From an uncultured Gammaproteobacteria bacterium (GTDB taxonomy: Bacteria; Patescibacteriota; Microgenomatia; Levybacterales; GWA1-39-11), in contig CAYPEN010000005.1 of the NCBI GenBank assembly GCA_964409875.1, forward strand, positions 11,569 through 75,568: a DNA stretch of 64,000 bases, in the 5' to 3' direction. Positions 9,183 to 17,515 of this stretch are shown here, in pieces. The notes under the pieces are model-generated. The model was given only the letters and a program-made list of their open reading frames with translations, searched no databases and was not told the origin of the DNA. The stretch's first letter is position 1, and the number at the start of each line of letters is the position of its first letter. The position numbers and the translations under genes are program-made.

Positions 9183-10133
9183 TCATTGTGCGGCACGCCG
9201 CGCGCCTTCCAGAGGCACGACGCGCACCTTGCCGAAAATGCGCCCCAGCACAAACGCCCCGACCTTTTCAGCGGCAATGCGAGCGGCATGACTGGCTGGA
9301 ATCGCAAAAATTGACCGCGGGCTGATGCCCTTCAGGTCGCGCTCCGGGAACGCCGTCGACTGCGGCAGATAGGTGTCATCGGGCAGCATGATGTCGCTGA
9401 GCTGTTCCTGCAGCATGGTCAATGTGCCGCGATGCAGATTGGTGTTGGTGCGAACCTTGTTCGCACACAGCCCGACCAGCGCCAGCGCACTTCCACTGGG
9501 GCGCGAGAAGTTTTCCGACTGGATCGCCTGCAGCATCGCATTGATACCTTGTAGGCTCTTTTCCTCGGGTTCGAATGGAATGATCGCGTGCGTCGCCGCC
9601 CGAACCGCGGCTCGGAAAATCGGGTTTCGGCTGGGGCCGGTATCGAGAATGATCAGGTCATAAGTCTCAGCCACATCCGGCATGTGCAGGAACTCGCCGA
9701 GCCGGTTGATGATCTGCGAAGCGATTTTGCCGCTGGCATTGTCGAATTCGGTATTGATGGATTCGAGCAGAGCAGGGTGGCCGACCATGATGTCGACCGA
9801 GTGCTCAAAGCCATTTTCAGGGCAGATATAGGTTTTATGCGGTAACACGGCCTTGCCGTAGAAGATATCGGCGATCGAACTGCGTTCGGCAAGGTCCGGA
9901 TCGTTTTCGTAATCGGGGTGGCGGGGCGGAACCTGGCCGCCGGTGGCGGTTGGATCGGATTCCATGCCGATCCAGTAGTCGCTGGAGTTGCACTGCATAT
10001 CCAGGTCCACCACCAGAACATTCTTGCCGCCATGAATGGCAGCGTATTCGGCAATGACCGCAGCCAGCGTGGTTTTACCCACACCACCTTTCTGGTTCAG
10101 CACCGCGAGCACCTTGGAATGGTAGTGGAACAT
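9183..10133 (-). CDS. parA: ParA/IncC-family ATPase (second partition system)
   Basis: 316 aa. Walker A KGGVGKTT, then DLDMQCN. Confidence 0.8.
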   Translation of the reverse strand: MFHYHSKVLAVLNQKGGVGKTTLAAVIAEYAAIHGGKNVLVVDLDMQCNSSDYWIGMESDPTATGGQVPPRHPDYENDPDLAERSSIADIFYGKAVLPHKTYICPENGFEHSVDIMVGHPALLESINTEFDNASGKIASQIINRLGEFLHMPDVAETYDLIILDTGPSRNPIFRAAVRAATHAIIPFEPEEKSLQGINAMLQAIQSENFSRPSGSALALVGLCANKVRTNTNLHRGTLTMLQEQLSDIMLPDDTYLPQSTAFPERDLKGISPRSIFAIPASHAARIAAEKVGAFVLGRIFGKVRVVPLEGARRAAQ

Positions 10134-10255
10134 CCTGTACGCCCCTTTGTATACGCGGAATGTACGCGGACAATAACGCGCAGCTAATCACACGTCAACA
10201 ATAACATACGTGCTTTAGCGTCGGAGCCGGACAGAGAGGCAGTCAGCGAATTGGT

Positions 10256-10272
10256 ATCCCCCAGGGGGACAT
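10256..10272. promoter_or_regulatory. Operator-like palindrome ATCCCCCAGGGGGACAT (copy 3, upstream of parA2)
   Basis: Same core TCCCCCWGGGGGA as copies 1 and 2, with imperfect outer positions. Confidence 0.4.
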
Positions 10273-10325
10273 GCCAGCGCGAGTCGCGGATGCTGAAATG
10301 GCGGAGGAGGGCGCGTGGGCAAAGC

Positions 10326-10646
10326 CTAGTCACCCTTCCCGTAACGTTCCTTTGCGTCTTGCTCCATGCGTTTAACTATTGGAACCAGCTCATTGGGCAG
10401 GCAGACTTCAAACCGTTCCCATCCTTCAGGCGGTAGTAAACCGTTCTCCAGATGTGAAGCCCACACGCGCGCGACCATATTACTTATGCCCATCGCCGTG
10501 CGCTTGCCCTCTTCAATGAAGTCCTTCTGCTTGCAGCCATCCACCAGCACTGCTCGCGCAATGGCGACGTTCTCATCAGTCATAGCGCGTCGAATCCGGC
10601 TCACGGCCAGATCGAACTCACTCGTCGTAAGTTTCTTGGGCGCCAT
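10326..10646 (-). CDS. korA: KorA/TrfB-like plasmid transcriptional repressor
   Basis: 106 aa. Aligns by eye to RK2 KorA (LT.S.F..A..., IARGVLVDG, V.RVWA, LP.G, LP, E.DAK). Sits upstream of a parA-parB (incC-korB-like) pair, as in IncP-type control regions. Confidence 0.55.
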   Translation of the reverse strand: MAPKKLTTSEFDLAVSRIRRAMTDENVAIARAVLVDGCKQKDFIEEGKRTAMGISNMVARVWASHLENGLLPPEGWERFEVCLPNELVPIVKRMEQDAKERYGKGD

Positions 10647-10961
10647 ACCTGATAACTCCCATCAGAGTAAGTGGATATATAAAGATACTAATCCTTTAAA
10701 TATACCATTGCTGAGCCGTTTGGGTCTTTGCGGGTTAAACATCCGTTGATCGGGAGGAGCTATCTGAGAAAAAGACACTCAGGTTAATCTTGCAACCAAC
10801 TAAGGACAGTTGCCCGACCCCCAGGGCTGGGCGGCTTCCCAAGCAATCTGAGAGGCTGCAGAAATGGAATACAGCAACGAATCTTCCGCATTAACGGCTT
10901 AAGGCCAAGATCAATCGACACGTCGCCTTTGGATTTAAATGCGGACATGTCTGCATATTAA

Positions 10962-11282
10962 TTGGCGCTTTGCCCAGAGGGGCGCGATATGTTCGTTGTG
11001 ATTTTTCGAGCCAAAGTGCGGAGCGTTGATCAAGAGTATCCGGAAATTGCTGCGCGCTTACGTGATTTGGCCTTGGGCCAATTTGGGTGTCTAGAGTTTC
11101 ATTCGGTAACAGAGGGCCGAAATGAAGTTGCTCTCTCATATTGGGCTAGTGAAGAAAATATCCGCGCTTGGAAATCACATCCCGAACATATCGCGGCCCA
11201 ATCTCGCGGAAAGGAAATTTGGTATGAGTCATATTCTGTGCAAATTGTCAATATCACTCGCGAGTACGGCGCCAGCACCTAA
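10962..11282 (+). CDS. Antibiotic-biosynthesis-monooxygenase (ABM) domain protein
   Basis: ~100 aa. ABM-like pattern (FVVIFRAK...LEFHSV...ALSYWASEENIRAWKSHPEH). Lies in the low-GC island; the true start is possibly Met 10989. Confidence 0.5.
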   Translation: MALCPEGRDMFVVIFRAKVRSVDQEYPEIAARLRDLALGQFGCLEFHSVTEGRNEVALSYWASEENIRAWKSHPEHIAAQSRGKEIWYESYSVQIVNITREYGAST

Positions 11283-11318
11283 CCGGGTGCCCAAGCGGAC
11301 AGCAAAACGCTACGCCTT

Positions 11319-12425
11319 TTGTTCCCTCCGCAGCATTCCGGATGTCCGCTCAGTTTTGCGTTATATTTCGCTATGTCGGAGCAATGCATGAAGCTGGAGA
11401 CATTTGAAGATGTGCTTTCTTCTATTCGGAAGAATCCGAGGCGACAGTTTCATTTGCTTCTTGGGAATGGCTTTAGCGTTGCATACGATCCGGCAATTTT
11501 CTCATATAACGCATTGCACGATTTCGTCAAGAACGTCAATGATGGGGATCTTTCAAAGATCCTCGAAGTTATTGAGACGCGAAATTTTGAAGTGATAATG
11601 CAGTATTTGGACAACTTCGCGGCCTTGATAAATGCGTTCGGTGGTGAACCGAAGCTGAAGAAGCGGGTAGAGGCTGCAAGCGCCAAGCTGAAAAAAAGCC
11701 TGCTGGACGCCGTCAAGGCTATGCATCCAGAGCATGTCTTCAAAGTCCCGGAAGACCAAAGTATGGCGTGCGCCGCTTTTCTACAGAAATTCTTGGGTAC
11801 TACAGGAAGCATTTTTTCTACGAACTACGATTTGCTGTTGTATTGGGTTTTGATGCGAAACGGTATCGTGGATCACGTAGATGGCTGCGGCAGGGAGCTT
11901 GAGAATGATACAGGCGAGTATATGGCGCCAGAAGATCAGGAATGGTCTGAACTAATTTGGGGAATAAACCGCAATAAGCAAAATGTTTTCTATCTGCATG
12001 GGGCTCTTCCGTTTTTCGATAGTGGAGTTTCGGTAGTTAAGGAGGAGTACGATGTTTATAACTATCTGCTCGAAAATATCAGCGCAAGAATGGAGAACGG
12101 GGAGTATCCGATTTTCGTAACTGCTGGTGATGGCACGCAGAAACTAAACCACATTACTCATAATCAATATCTAACTTATTGCTACGACAATTTCTGTCAA
12201 ATGGAAGGCTCACTCGTTACCTATGGTTTCAGTTTCGGTCAGTACGATGAGCACATCATTGCCGCTATCAATAAAGCTGCAAAACAAAAGATTCCAAATA
12301 AGCTCTGGAGCATATACATCGGTGTCTACTCCCCTGAAGACAAAAAGCATATAGAACAAATTAAAGGAAAGTTTGCATGCAAAGTTCATGTCTTCGATGC
12401 GAAGACGGCAAACGTCTGGCGCTAG
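11319..12425 (+). CDS. SIR2-like (SIR2_2/DUF4917-type) putative NADase, candidate defence effector
   Basis: Motifs in SIR2_2 order: LLGNGFSVAYD (GAGxS-like), STNYDLLL (TTNYD) and YLHGALPFF (LHG, catalytic His). GC is ~45% against a ~59% backbone. Likely real start at Met 11373 or 11391. Confidence 0.5.
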   Translation: MFPPQHSGCPLSFALYFAMSEQCMKLETFEDVLSSIRKNPRRQFHLLLGNGFSVAYDPAIFSYNALHDFVKNVNDGDLSKILEVIETRNFEVIMQYLDNFAALINAFGGEPKLKKRVEAASAKLKKSLLDAVKAMHPEHVFKVPEDQSMACAAFLQKFLGTTGSIFSTNYDLLLYWVLMRNGIVDHVDGCGRELENDTGEYMAPEDQEWSELIWGINRNKQNVFYLHGALPFFDSGVSVVKEEYDVYNYLLENISARMENGEYPIFVTAGDGTQKLNHITHNQYLTYCYDNFCQMEGSLVTYGFSFGQYDEHIIAAINKAAKQKIPNKLWSIYIGVYSPEDKKHIEQIKGKFACKVHVFDAKTANVWR

Positions 12426-12525
12426 CGGCGTAGTCAAATATCGCAAAGAGTTCAAGTTTGTTCGCTGCGCTCACTGGGACTGCCAATACGCTACGCGTTT
12501 CGCCACCCCTTGAGCTCGCACTGTA

Positions 12526-13008
12526 TTGGAGCGCAAGAAAATGACCATCACGATTTCCGATGCAGTCAAACAAATGCTCGCAATAGTGGAGGAGCTTTGC
12601 GCTGCGTATCCACACAAAAAGTTCACACTCGATGGCCGTCTCGTGGGCGATATCGGGGAGGTGTTAGTTGAAGACGCATATGGTCTAAAGCTCTTCCCTG
12701 ATATCAAAAAACATCACGATGCAGAGTGCCCAGACGGGCGGCTTGTGCAGATCAAAGCCACAATGAAGAAAAGCCTAACGTTCCCCGCGGACCATGTTCC
12801 AAACTACTACCTCGGGGTTCAGGTAGGAGCAGACGGCACGTTCGTAGAAGTTTTCAACGGGCCTGGCGCTGTTGCTTGGGAAGCGGTAAAGGGCAGAGCC
12901 AAACCAAAGACCAACCTGCATTCCGTTCCAGTGGCCGCATTGGCAAAGCTTCAAAAGAAAGTGCGCCCGGAAGACCGCATCCCATTGCGCTCCAACAAGC
13001 CCCGGTGA
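12526..13008 (+). CDS. Small Mrr-like / PD-(D/E)xK nuclease-fold protein (partner of the SIR2-like gene)
   Basis: 160 aa. GDIGEVLVEDAYGL ... HHDAE ... LVQIKAT resembles the D...(E/Q)xK core of Mrr-catalytic-type restriction nucleases. Same strand as the SIR2-like gene, 100 bp downstream. Confidence 0.35.
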   Translation: MERKKMTITISDAVKQMLAIVEELCAAYPHKKFTLDGRLVGDIGEVLVEDAYGLKLFPDIKKHHDAECPDGRLVQIKATMKKSLTFPADHVPNYYLGVQVGADGTFVEVFNGPGAVAWEAVKGRAKPKTNLHSVPVAALAKLQKKVRPEDRIPLRSNKPR

Positions 13009-13063
13009 TCCAATCCACCTCAATTTCGAGCGCCATTTCTTCTAAGCGGGATCCACAGCTGCA

Positions 13064-13723
13064 TCACAATAGACTTACTTGCCGAGGCTGTGATGCCTTC
13101 CAGACTCTCTTGACCTGACTCTCACTGCAACCAGCCAATTTCGCCGTCCGGGCAATGCTAGTACCGGCCGATCGTAACGCGATGATTTGTTGATGCATGG
13201 CGACATCTGGTTGCCTGCCGGTGTACTTACCGGCCTGCTTTGCGAGCTGCACTCCTTGCCGTTGTCTTTCCCTCCGATCCTCGTAATCGTCGCGCGCGGC
13301 TTGTAGCGCCACCTTCAAAAGCATTTCTTGCACTGACTCCAGCACAACTTTCGAAACGCCTTTGGCATCCGCCGCAAGTTCGGATAGATCGATGATGCCC
13401 GGTACCGCCAACTTGGCGCCCTTGGCGCGAATCGAGCCAATCAGCTTCTCAGCATCGGGGAGGGGGAGGCGGCTGATCCGGTCGATCTTCTCGGCAATTA
13501 CCACTTCGCCAGGCTGCAGGTCGTCGATCATTCGCAATAGCTCTGGCCGGTCTGCACGCGCACCGGATGCCTTTTCCCGATAGATCCCAGCAACGTAGTA
13601 ACCGGCGTCTCGTGCCCCTTGCGAGAGACTCTCCTGGCGCCGCAAATCTTGTTCGTCGGTGCTGACCCGCATGTAGATGCGGGCCACTCGGATTTCAGAA
13701 TCTCTGGTCTTGGGTGATCGCAT
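13064..13723 (-). CDS. Serine recombinase (resolvase/invertase family)
   Basis: 219 aa. N-terminal catalytic motif YMRVSTDEQDL and a C-terminal HTH (TSIARTAKLAGCSESQVKR). Confidence 0.8.
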   Translation of the reverse strand: MRSPKTRDSEIRVARIYMRVSTDEQDLRRQESLSQGARDAGYYVAGIYREKASGARADRPELLRMIDDLQPGEVVIAEKIDRISRLPLPDAEKLIGSIRAKGAKLAVPGIIDLSELAADAKGVSKVVLESVQEMLLKVALQAARDDYEDRRERQRQGVQLAKQAGKYTGRQPDVAMHQQIIALRSAGTSIARTAKLAGCSESQVKRVWKASQPRQVSLL

Positions 13724-14305
13724 CGAAGTGTGCCTTCAGTAGGGCGTTTATAATGGACAAATAGGGTGTACCTAAATGCACCAACAATATCCGATGGGGC
13801 CAGAGCATGCAATGGCGATGTATATGCGCCTAGCTAATAATTCTGATTTATATGGACTAGGTGCGAAGTAAAGTCGGGCAGCACCGGTCATCGGTTCCAA
13901 AGGCCGTGACCGAAATAGAGCGCCGATATGTCGGCGCGTTTGTGCGTCGGCTCTGAGGGGTTCGGTAGCCGATCTAGAGCTGTATCGGCTAAACAGGAAA
14001 GCGGGGGAGGGTGTGCGCAGACCCTTGCGAATCTTACGGCAGAGTTGTTCTTTCAAGCTGGTCGTCTATTCGAACGCATGGTCGACCAGGCGCGCCAACA
14101 CAACACCATCATCGACCGAAGTTCGGCCAAAGCGGTCTATCTAGACATTTCAATTTACAGCGGTCGACACTCAGAAAGCAGACATTCACTTACTAGACTT
14201 AATGTTTTGAAGGTGAATGACGCTGATGGCGCGTGCAGCACATTTTTGCGCCATGGTTTTTGGGTATCGTTGCATGATTAACTAATTCAAAAAGCAACGA
14301 CAACA

Positions 14306-14728
14306 TTAAGAATGGCAAACGCAGTTTTCACCATCCGCCGCTGCATTGAGCGTTTGCAAAATGCCGCAATCTTCCGCCTGCCGATGTTCGCTGCAGCGGG
14401 CTTGCAGCAGCAATAACTGTTGTTCGAGATGTTGCAGTTGCTCAATGCGTTGCCGCACTTGGTTCACATGCGTTGCGACGAGTTGATTAATTTCGTCGCA
14501 CGCAAGATCAGGGTGTTCGCGATAATTCAGCAGCGAACGAATTTCCGGTAGCGACAAATCCAATGATCGGCAATGACGAATAAATTGCAGCGCCTCGCGA
14601 TGTGTTGCGCCGTACTGTCGATAACCAGCATCTGTACGCGGTGGCGCCGGTAGCAAACCTTCGTGCTCATAAAAACGAATGGTCGGAACATCAACGCCGG
14701 TTGTTTTGGCCAGCTCACCGATTTGCAT
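14306..14728 (-). CDS. cadR: MerR-family heavy-metal-responsive regulator (CadR/ZntR/PbrR-like)
   Basis: 140 aa. MerR HTH (MQIGELAKTTGVDVPTIRFYEHEGLLP) and C-terminal metal-binding cysteines (CVCHS). Divergent from a P1B-ATPase gene. Confidence 0.8.
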   Translation of the reverse strand: MQIGELAKTTGVDVPTIRFYEHEGLLPAPPRTDAGYRQYGATHREALQFIRHCRSLDLSLPEIRSLLNYREHPDLACDEINQLVATHVNQVRQRIEQLQHLEQQLLLLQARCSEHRQAEDCGILQTLNAAADGENCVCHS

Positions 14729-14810
14729 AATTTGCCTCCCATTGCTTGACCCTAGAGTAGCTAGAGGGTTTTAAATCCACAATATCACTGTTTCCACTGA
14801 GACCCGTGTA
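14729..14810. promoter_or_regulatory. Divergent cadR/cadA MerR-type promoter with 19-bp spacer and dyad operator
   Basis: TTGACC-ctagagtagctagagggtt-TTAAAT: -35 and -10 separated by 19 bp. The dyad ACCCTAGAG/CTAGAGGGT resembles CadR/ZntR operators. Confidence 0.55.
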
Positions 14811-17003
14811 ATGGATTCTCCCGATAGTTGTTGCGGTTCAAAGTCGTCTTGTGCGGCACCGATACCCTTGGCCGAGGCGACCACCGCTACCAACGGCACT
14901 CGAACGGTAGTGCGCATCGACGGTATGGATTGCCCTACGGAGGAGAACTTGATTCGTGGCAAGTTCACTTCATTCCCTGGCGTAATCGGACTGGAATTCA
15001 ATCTGCTCCAGCGCTTGCTAACACTCATCCACACGCCTGAGGCACTGCCTCGCGCTCTGGATGCTTTGCGCGGGCTCGGTTTTGATCCGGTGGTGCAAGC
15101 TGATAACGCCACCCCGAGTGAGTTGGTCGAACCCCCGGCACTCAATCGTCGGGAGCTGGCATTACTGAGTCTGTCGGGCTTGTGTGCAGTAGCGGCCGAG
15201 ATGATCAACTGGGCAAGCGGCTCGCTCTGGCTCGAAATTGCGCTCAGCTTGGTCGCGGTTTTCAGCGGCGGCCTCGGCACCTATAAAAAAGGCTGGATTG
15301 CGCTCAAAAACCGCACACTCAACATCAACGCCCTAATGTCAGTGGCTGTTACAGGCGCGCTGTTGATTGGTCAGTGGCCCGAAGCCGCGATGGTGATTGT
15401 GTTGTTTGCGATCGCCGAACTGATCGAAAAGGTTTCACTAGAGCGTGCGCGCAACGCGGTGCGCGGTCTGATGGCGATGACGCCGGAAACGGTCAGCGTT
15501 CGCCAGCCCGATAACAGCTGGCGCGATGTCATGGCTGACGAAGTGGCTGTTGGCGCTGTGATGCGCGTGCGCCCCGGCGAGCGGGTTGCGCTGGACGGCG
15601 TTGTTACTCAAGGGCAATCGAACCTGAATCAGGCGCCGATCACCGGTGAAAGTATTCCTGTCGAAAAAAGCGTTGGCGATTCGGTCTATGCCGGCAGTAT
15701 CAACGAAGCTGGGGCTCTGGAGGTGCGAGTTACTGCCGCCAGCACGGACTCAACTGTTGCTCGCATCATTCATGCGGTCGAAGCGGCGCAAGGCAGCCGC
15801 GCACCGACCCAGCGCTTCGTCGATCAATTCGCGAAGATCTACACGCCGGTCGTGTTCGTGCTGGCTATCGCCATTGCCATACTACCGCCGCTATTGTTCG
15901 ATGGATTGTGGCTAACTTGGATTTACCGTGCGCTGGTGTTGCTGGTTATCGCGTGTCCTTGCGCGCTGGTGATTTCAACACCCGTCACGGTGGTGAGTGG
16001 TCTCGCTGCAGCGGCGCGACGCGGTATTTTGATTAAAGGCGGCGCCTTTCTCGAAGCGGGTCGCAATCTCAAAGTGATGGCGCTCGATAAGACCGGTACG
16101 CTCACCATGGGCAAGCCCACCGTTGTCGATTTTCTGCCGTTTGCCGACCGCGGGACTACGTTGCGTCAGGCGGCGAGTCTGGCCAGCCACTCGGATCATC
16201 CGGTGTCACAGGCCGTTACCCGATTCGCCGATGGGCACACACAGCTTGCCGAGCCTATTGCCATGCAGGCACTGCCGGGGCGTGGTGTTAAAGCCGAGAT
16301 CGAGGGGCAACTGCTGTATCTTGGCAATCATCGCCTGGTCGAAGATTTAAAGATCTGCAGTCCTGCGCTGGAAGCACAGTTAAAAGCACTGGAAAGCCAG
16401 GGCAAAACGACCACACTGCTGATGAGCGAGAGTCAAGTGCTCGGGGTATTTGGTGTCGCTGACACCGTGCGCGAAAGCAGTAAGCAAGCCGTGGCCGAAC
16501 TGCACGCGCTGGGTATTACCACCTCGATGCTGACTGGCGACAATCCACTCACGGCAAAGGCAATCGCGGCTCAAGTCGGCATCGATATCGTAGAAGCCGA
16601 ATTATTGCCCGCTGACAAACTGGCCGCGATCGAAGCGATGGCGGCTCAATACGGTGCCATCGGCATGGTGGGCGACGGCATCAACGATGCGCCCGCACTG
16701 GCGCGCGCAGACATCGGTTTTGCGATGGGTGCAGCGGGCTCCGATACCGCGCTCGAAACAGCGGATGTCGCGTTGATGGATGATGACCCGCGCAAGCTGG
16801 CTGAATTTATCCGGCTGAGCCGAAACACTGCGGCGATATTGCGTCAGAACATCGTGTTGGCGTTGAGCATCAAGGCCGTGTTTTTTGTGCTCGCTGTGCT
16901 TGGCACTGCGACGCTGTGGATGGCAGTGTTTGCCGACATGGGCGCGAGCTTGCTTGTGGTGGCCAATGGGTTGCGCTTGCTGAAATTGGGCAAGCCGCGA
17001 TGA
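14811..17003 (+). CDS. cadA: Cd/Zn/Pb-translocating P1B-type ATPase
   Basis: 730 aa. N-terminal HMA-like GMDCPTEE, CPC motif (IACPCALVISTP), DKTGTLT phosphorylation site and GDGINDAPAL. Confidence 0.9.
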   Translation: MDSPDSCCGSKSSCAAPIPLAEATTATNGTRTVVRIDGMDCPTEENLIRGKFTSFPGVIGLEFNLLQRLLTLIHTPEALPRALDALRGLGFDPVVQADNATPSELVEPPALNRRELALLSLSGLCAVAAEMINWASGSLWLEIALSLVAVFSGGLGTYKKGWIALKNRTLNINALMSVAVTGALLIGQWPEAAMVIVLFAIAELIEKVSLERARNAVRGLMAMTPETVSVRQPDNSWRDVMADEVAVGAVMRVRPGERVALDGVVTQGQSNLNQAPITGESIPVEKSVGDSVYAGSINEAGALEVRVTAASTDSTVARIIHAVEAAQGSRAPTQRFVDQFAKIYTPVVFVLAIAIAILPPLLFDGLWLTWIYRALVLLVIACPCALVISTPVTVVSGLAAAARRGILIKGGAFLEAGRNLKVMALDKTGTLTMGKPTVVDFLPFADRGTTLRQAASLASHSDHPVSQAVTRFADGHTQLAEPIAMQALPGRGVKAEIEGQLLYLGNHRLVEDLKICSPALEAQLKALESQGKTTTLLMSESQVLGVFGVADTVRESSKQAVAELHALGITTSMLTGDNPLTAKAIAAQVGIDIVEAELLPADKLAAIEAMAAQYGAIGMVGDGINDAPALARADIGFAMGAAGSDTALETADVALMDDDPRKLAEFIRLSRNTAAILRQNIVLALSIKAVFFVLAVLGTATLWMAVFADMGASLLVVANGLRLLKLGKPR

Positions 17004-17046
17004 GTTTTCCGCGCGCCGCTGACTTAGCGTTGTTGCTGTCTCACAC

Positions 17047-17448
17047 TTGTGCCAGACTTCGTTGATGCGCGCGTTACGTCAATCCTCTTGGTTTATTGCT
17101 CTGCTGTGTGTGCTCTTGATCGGCGCACGTATCAGCGGTGCGCATTGGCATTTGTGTTTAGATCGTACCGAGCCGCCACTTGCACTGCATGTCGGCGACA
17201 TTGATCAACACGACGACGATTCATCCTCCAACGCTCCACATCAAGATGTTGATTTAAAGCTGGTCGATGATGGTCTGATCAAAAACTTACTGAGCGGCCT
17301 CGATGCGCCCATGCTGCTCACGTTAATTCTGTGCGTATGGCTATTGCCGCGTCGTGTTCAATCAGTACCGCTTTCGCACTACCGTGTCCCTACATTTCTC
17401 AACGATCCTCGTTCACTGCACGCGCCACCGCGTGCACCTCCGCTCTAA
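17047..17448 (+). CDS. czcI: CzcI-like / DUF2946-type small signal-anchored protein
   Basis: 133 aa. N-terminal hydrophobic anchor then HWHLC motif. Position directly upstream of czcCBA matches czcI. Confidence 0.35.
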   Translation: MCQTSLMRALRQSSWFIALLCVLLIGARISGAHWHLCLDRTEPPLALHVGDIDQHDDDSSSNAPHQDVDLKLVDDGLIKNLLSGLDAPMLLTLILCVWLLPRRVQSVPLSHYRVPTFLNDPRSLHAPPRAPPL

Positions 17449-17515
17449 CTCCCACATCCATCACCTCGTGATTATTCGCGCCTGACGGCGCTGTTATTTC
17501 TGTGGGAGTTTTTCT

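Noticed and set aside
13724-14305. Candidate res site / island boundary repeats upstream of the resolvase
   Set aside because: This is where a res site would be expected, but I could not identify convincing TGTCYNNNNNNNRGACA-type subsites or direct repeats matching the island's other flank (10700-10960).
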